In this document: one piece after another, positions 1-1,534 of the stretch | Position numbering within the stretch: the first letter of the stretch is position 1 | Layout of the letters: every line of letters starts with the position of its first letter | Source of the DNA: Naegleria gruberi | Taxonomy: Eukaryota | NCBI GenBank assembly: GCA_000004985.1 | Contig: GG739390.1 | Length of the DNA stretch: 1,534 nt | Strand: one strand, 5' to 3' | Position numbers and translations under genes: made by a program | The notes under the pieces: model-generated | What the model was told of the DNA's origin: nothing | What the model saw: only the letters and a program-made list of their open reading frames with translations | Databases searched by the model: none

Positions 1-273
1 CAATTCATCCATCATTAGATAGGACCATACCCTCTCTAGATAATCCCAATTCTGTCCCACTCCATTCCTAATGCATGGAGCAAGATTTAGAAAACATTGA
101 TTTTCGTGAGAAATTTGATTTCCCATGTAAAATTCTCTCGACTCGGCTCCGAACATTTCTGGTTTGATTTTCTGTTTGCCGACCATTGAAGAAATGACAA
201 TGGATGGCTTTTCATCACTGGAAAATCCTGATTTGATAAGAGAGCTGCCGTTATCAATAATAATTGCTGTCAT
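1..273 (-). CDS. ARP6: Actin-related protein, Arp6-like (N-terminal 91 aa only; the gene continues beyond the left edge of the window)
   Basis: Reverse-complement translation of 273..1 gives MTAIIIDNGSSLIKSGFSSDEKPSIVISSMVGKQKIKPEMFGAESREFYMGNQISHENQCFLNLAPCIRNGVGQNWDYLERVWSYLMMDEL with no stop codon. The IIDNGS(S/G)xxKxGF segment is the actin-fold phosphate-1 loop (actin has VIDNGSGMCKAGFAGD). The NWD...VW motif matches actin's NWDDMEKIWHH block. From memory, the start and the inserted segment resemble Arp6 more than actin: human ACTR6 begins MTTLVLDNGAYNAKIGYS and later has ...ANQIDEI...LP...G..VNWDVQRQVWDYLF, against ...GNQISHE...LAP...G..QNWDYLERVWSYLM here. The ATG at 273-271 is the first in-frame ATG after in-frame stops at 361-363 and 379-381. 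A run of eight A (sense strand) sits directly upstream. The plus strand of 1-273 is not C-depleted, as expected for the antisense of a coding region. Assignment to the Arp family is confident. The Arp6 subfamily call rests on recalled homologue sequences and needs a database check. Confidence 0.8.
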   Translation of the reverse strand, partial: MTAIIIDNGSSLIKSGFSSDEKPSIVISSMVGKQKIKPEMFGAESREFYMGNQISHENQCFLNLAPCIRNGVGQNWDYLERVWSYLMMDEL

Positions 274-420
274 TTTTTTTTGTAAAGTTTTTAAAAGATT
301 TGATTGGATATGAATGAGAATGAGATGATGAATAATATTATTGAGAAAATGGAGGAGATTTTAATGGAAATGGGATGGTTAGTTGTAAGAAAGTGGTAGA
401 AGGTCAGTATTTTCATAAAT
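274..420 (-). promoter_or_regulatory. Proximal promoter and 5' leader of the Arp gene: an A8 tract abutting the ATG, then a pyrimidine-rich (CT) sense-strand block
   Basis: On the minus (sense) strand the sequence directly 5' of the ATG is aaatcttttaaaaactttacaaaaaaaa-ATG. This is an A-rich leader of the kind seen in budding-yeast genes. Further upstream the sense strand is almost purely pyrimidine plus A (ctccattttctcaataatattattcatcatctcattctcattcat). Yeast core promoters typically have a T/pyrimidine-rich stretch upstream of an A-rich TSS and leader. No canonical TATAAA is present in this interval. Confidence 0.45.
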
Positions 421-746
421 TTCGAATTGGATTTGAATTCTGCCAAGTGCGCTTTCTCTAATGACGAGAAGGGATTGTTCATCGAGTGTCATTAAGGTTT
501 GATTGGTTGAATCTATGAATGATATGTTGGAAATAACACAATTCGTTGGGATGTTCCACTTTTCCTTAATTTTTTGTTTGAAAATTGACATTGACATGAG
601 CTCTTCTTTGGTAAACCCAAATAATCTTTGTTGGTTGTGAAAGTTTAGCTGGATGGGAATGATTTGAGGTCGATTCATTGGTGGTTGAGGCGTATGAATG
701 ATTGGATTCGGATAGGCCAGTTGTTGGTTTGGAATCATTGGACGAA

Positions 747-769
747 TATGGAAGATTGTCATAATTATG
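747..769. repeat. Left arm of a 23-24 nt inverted repeat (tatggaagattgtcataattatg) ending in the perfect palindrome cataattatg
   Basis: The reverse complement of 1271-1294 is tatgggaagattgtcataattacg. Against 747-769 this is 23/24 identity with one extra g and one t/c difference. 760-769 (cataattatg) is its own reverse complement. Confidence 0.85.
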
Positions 770-796
770 TGGGGGTGGGTGGGTCGTGAAAAAAGG
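770..796 (+). repeat. G-rich box A (tgggggtgggtgggtcgtgaaaaaagg), directly repeated at 1243-1270
   Basis: It shares the 10-mer tgggtgggtc (776-785 and 1248-1257) and 11/12 of g[g/t]tgggtgggtc with box B. The next part holds the same material in permuted order: gtga+A6+gg in A versus A5+gtga+ggg in B. The G tracts are G5, G3, G3 and GG. Confidence 0.75.
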
Positions 797-800
797 ATGT

Positions 801-814
801 CCATAATTACGTGG
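801..814. repeat. Third copy of the TAATTA-core motif (ccataattacgtgg)
   Basis: cataattacg at 803-812 is the exact reverse complement of cgtaattatg at 1271-1280 and differs by 1 nt from cataattatg at 760-769. Each copy is preceded by tgtc or gtcc. The copy lies 5 nt after G-box A. Confidence 0.7.
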
Positions 815-830
815 TCCAGAGTGGGTCAGA

Positions 831-872
831 AAGTAGAGCAGAGCAAAAAACAAAAATTGGCAAAAGTAGAGC
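831..872 (+). repeat. Direct 10-mer repeat aaagtagagc (831-840 and 863-872) flanking an A-rich spacer
   Basis: Seen directly in the sequence: agaaagtagagcagagcaaaaaacaaaaattggcaaaagtagagcc. Confidence 0.6.
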
Positions 873-1128
873 CGAAGGTTTATTAGCCAAGAGTGAGACA
901 GCGTTCAAAGTATCAATTATCACTTGGTCTTCTAGCAACAAGTAATTCGGGGTTCTTGATTTTTTGTGTACCAACAACTTTGGGCAGGCATTCATCTAGA
1001 TTGTTATGGTTGAATGTGCTATGGCTGATGTGGAAGGAAGCAAAGGGAGAACTCTCCTCCTGGTGGTACTGATGAAGGTTGGTAGTTAGCAGGGTGGTGA
1101 TGAAATCATGAGTAATTGTTGTTTGTTG

Positions 1129-1150
1129 TTTTTTTTTGTTGAATATATAA
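1129..1150. promoter_or_regulatory. Poly(dT) T9 tract (1129-1137) followed by a canonical TATA box TATATAA (1144-1150)
   Basis: The sequence is ttttttttt g tt gaa TATATAA cgg. TATATAA is the consensus yeast TATA element. An adjacent poly(dA:dT) tract is a classic nucleosome-excluding promoter element. Orientation cannot be determined from the sequence. The nearest known start codon (ARP6, 273) is about 870 bp away on the minus strand, so this may serve a divergent, upstream or non-coding transcript. Confidence 0.4.
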
Positions 1151-1242
1151 CGGTCAGAACATTCAACTTTCAGCGGTAACATGCTGGTAGTGTGAAAAAA
1201 CTCACATGTAGTGGCCAGGATTTGTTGGGACGATCTTACAGT

Positions 1243-1270
1243 GAGGTTGGGTGGGTCAAAAAGTGAGGGT
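1243..1270 (+). repeat. G-rich box B (gaggttgggtgggtcaaaaagtgagggt)
   Basis: This is a direct-orientation copy of box A. It lies immediately 5' of the right inverted-repeat arm, whereas box A lies immediately 3' of the left arm. So the G-box keeps plus orientation while the arm is inverted. Confidence 0.75.
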
Positions 1271-1294
1271 CGTAATTATGACAATCTTCCCATA
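1271..1294. repeat. Right arm of the inverted repeat (cgtaattatgacaatcttcccata)
   Basis: Its reverse complement matches 747-769 (see the left-arm feature). The arms are about 500 bp apart. No target-site duplication was seen in the flanks (gaa|tatgg on the left, ccata|aaaac on the right). Confidence 0.85.
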
Positions 1295-1295
1295 A

Positions 1296-1534
1296 AAACT
1301 ATCACCATTTGTCTCTAATCAATTTGTTACTCTTTTTATTATAATCTATGAAGAACAAATAACTTTGTAGTTGTTTTTTTTAAAAGGTGTTAGGGTTTTT
1401 CAGAATAATAAAAGAGGTTTTCTTGATGAATTAAAAAATGTGTTTGATGTGTTGGTATTTTTGTAATAACTATCAATAAGAAATTACATTTCAATTTATG
1501 AAATAAACTTTATTTCATATTATGGTTATTTACC
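1296..1534. other. ORF-free AT-rich spacer with AATAAA/TTTATT-type words and a T8 tract (1374-1381). Probably the 3' flank or terminator of a neighbouring gene, or distal promoter sequence.
   Basis: There are stops in all six frames every few codons. aataaa occurs at 1404-1409 and 1501-1506, and tttatt at 1326-1331 and 1511-1516. The G>C skew of the preceding kilobase ends at about 1280-1290, exactly at the right inverted-repeat arm. Confidence 0.3.

Larger units (their letters stand above)
379..804 (-). other. Minus-strand ORF of 141 codons. The N-terminal part is low-complexity (H/P/Q/N/I-rich) and the C-terminal roughly 80 codons are protein-like. It is not supportable as a gene from sequence alone and may be a decayed or unannotated small ORF.
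   Basis: This ORF is from the supplied track. The C-terminal segment GFTKEELMSMSIFKQKIKEKWNIPTNCVISNISFIDSTNQTLMTLDEQSLLVIRESALGRIQIQFEIYENTDLLPLSYN has mixed charged and hydrophobic residues. It corresponds to plus-strand 379-620, where the base composition is less skewed. The TAA stop at 381-379 lies 105 bp upstream of the ARP6 ATG, in the same frame. The other three minus-strand ORFs (566..853, 807..995, 913..1182) overlap it and each other in different frames, with in-frame stops between them (for example 826-828, 880-885, 913-915). The G-poor minus strand (few TAG/TGA) makes chance ORFs of 60-140 codons plausible. Confidence 0.2.

Noticed and set aside
274-420. An intron at the 5' end of the Arp gene, which would extend the N-terminus upstream
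   Set aside because: The minus strand has no GTATGT or GTAAGT donor and no TACTAAC branch point in this interval. In-frame stops lie at 361-363 and 379-381. The protein starts MTA-IIDNGS, as Arp6 and actin homologues do, directly at the first ATG.
325-1103. C/D-box snoRNA candidates from C-box-like RUGAUGA words (atgatga 325-331, ctgatga 1069-1075, gtgatga 1097-1103)
   Set aside because: No CTGA D-box occurs within 60-200 nt downstream of the first. The sequence after 1103 has no CTGA before 1200. No terminal stem pairs the flanks. The TGATGA words are explained by the GA/GT-rich composition and the small direct repeat ggtggt(ac)tgatgaa (1062-1077 / 1094-1105).
291-1182. The remaining minus-strand track ORFs (291..482, 566..853, 807..995, 913..1182) as real protein-coding genes
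   Set aside because: They overlap one another in different frames. They are extremely low-complexity (runs of H/P/N/Q/S/T/I/F). They sit in the promoter region of ARP6. ORFs of 60-90 codons are expected by chance on a strand this G-poor, where only TAA stops are common. In-frame stops separate the same-frame pieces, at 826-828, 880-885 and 913-915.
1190-1216. A small hairpin, tgtga-aaaaac-tcaca (1192-1207)
   Set aside because: It has a 5-bp stem with a 6-nt loop. This is too short to be meaningful on its own, and it is expected by chance in 1.5 kb.
747-1294. A classical MITE or DNA transposon with terminal inverted repeats
   Set aside because: No target-site duplication flanks the arms. The interior carries no transposase ORF. 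The G-boxes next to the arms are not inverted, so the ends are not a simple TIR structure. Kept as a finding because a reshuffled remnant cannot be excluded.
1-1534. tRNA genes
   Set aside because: No GGTTCGAnTCC-type B box or its complement occurs on either strand. The closest words are ttcgaatt at 421-428 and ggattcgg at 704-711. No TRGCnnAGTGG A box is present at the correct spacing.
1523-1534. A plus-strand ATG at 1523 (ATG GTT ATT TAC C) as the start of a downstream gene
   Set aside because: Only 4 codons are visible before the window ends, so there is no way to assess it. It is mentioned only as a place to look if the window is extended.
1300-1534. A replication-origin ARS consensus (WTTTAYRTTTW) in the AT-rich tail
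   Set aside because: No 11/11 or convincing 10/11 match was found on either strand by eye. ARS consensus sequences also differ among yeast lineages, so nothing can be concluded.

Overview
This is an AT-rich, eukaryotic-looking locus (~35% GC) with features typical of a budding-yeast-type genome. A run of A sits directly before the ATG, the sense strand upstream is pyrimidine-rich, and there are poly(dA:dT) tracts. The only confidently coding segment is on the minus strand at 1..273. It is the N-terminal 91 codons of an actin-fold protein that best fits the Arp6 subfamily of actin-related proteins, and the gene continues past the left edge of the window. Everything from 274 to 1534 is upstream of that gene. 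It has no plus-strand ORF of 60 codons or more, so none can be supported as a real gene. The four minus-strand ORFs in the supplied track (379..804, 566..853, 807..995, 913..1182) overlap one another in all three frames. They are low-complexity and look like by-products of a marked compositional asymmetry. Between about 290 and 1280 the plus strand is G-rich and C-poor, about 30% G against 10% C in the sampled blocks. That leaves the minus strand depleted of G and of TAG/TGA stop codons. Inside this skewed region there is a rearranged repeat module. A 23-24 nt inverted repeat (747-769 / 1271-1294) is built on a palindromic TAATTA core. Each arm sits next to a G-rich, telomere-like box (770-796 / 1243-1270), and the two boxes are in direct orientation. 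A third copy of the core lies at 803-812. Other features are a canonical TATATAA at 1144-1150 next to a T9 tract, seven ATTGG words (CCAAT on the ARP6 sense strand) in 560 bp, and an ORF-free AT-rich tail (1296-1534). The last 80 codons of ORF 379..804 have globular-protein-like composition and end 105 bp upstream of the ARP6 ATG. I flag that stretch as a candidate small or decayed gene but cannot confirm it from sequence alone. No tRNA, snoRNA, intron or transposon signatures could be supported.
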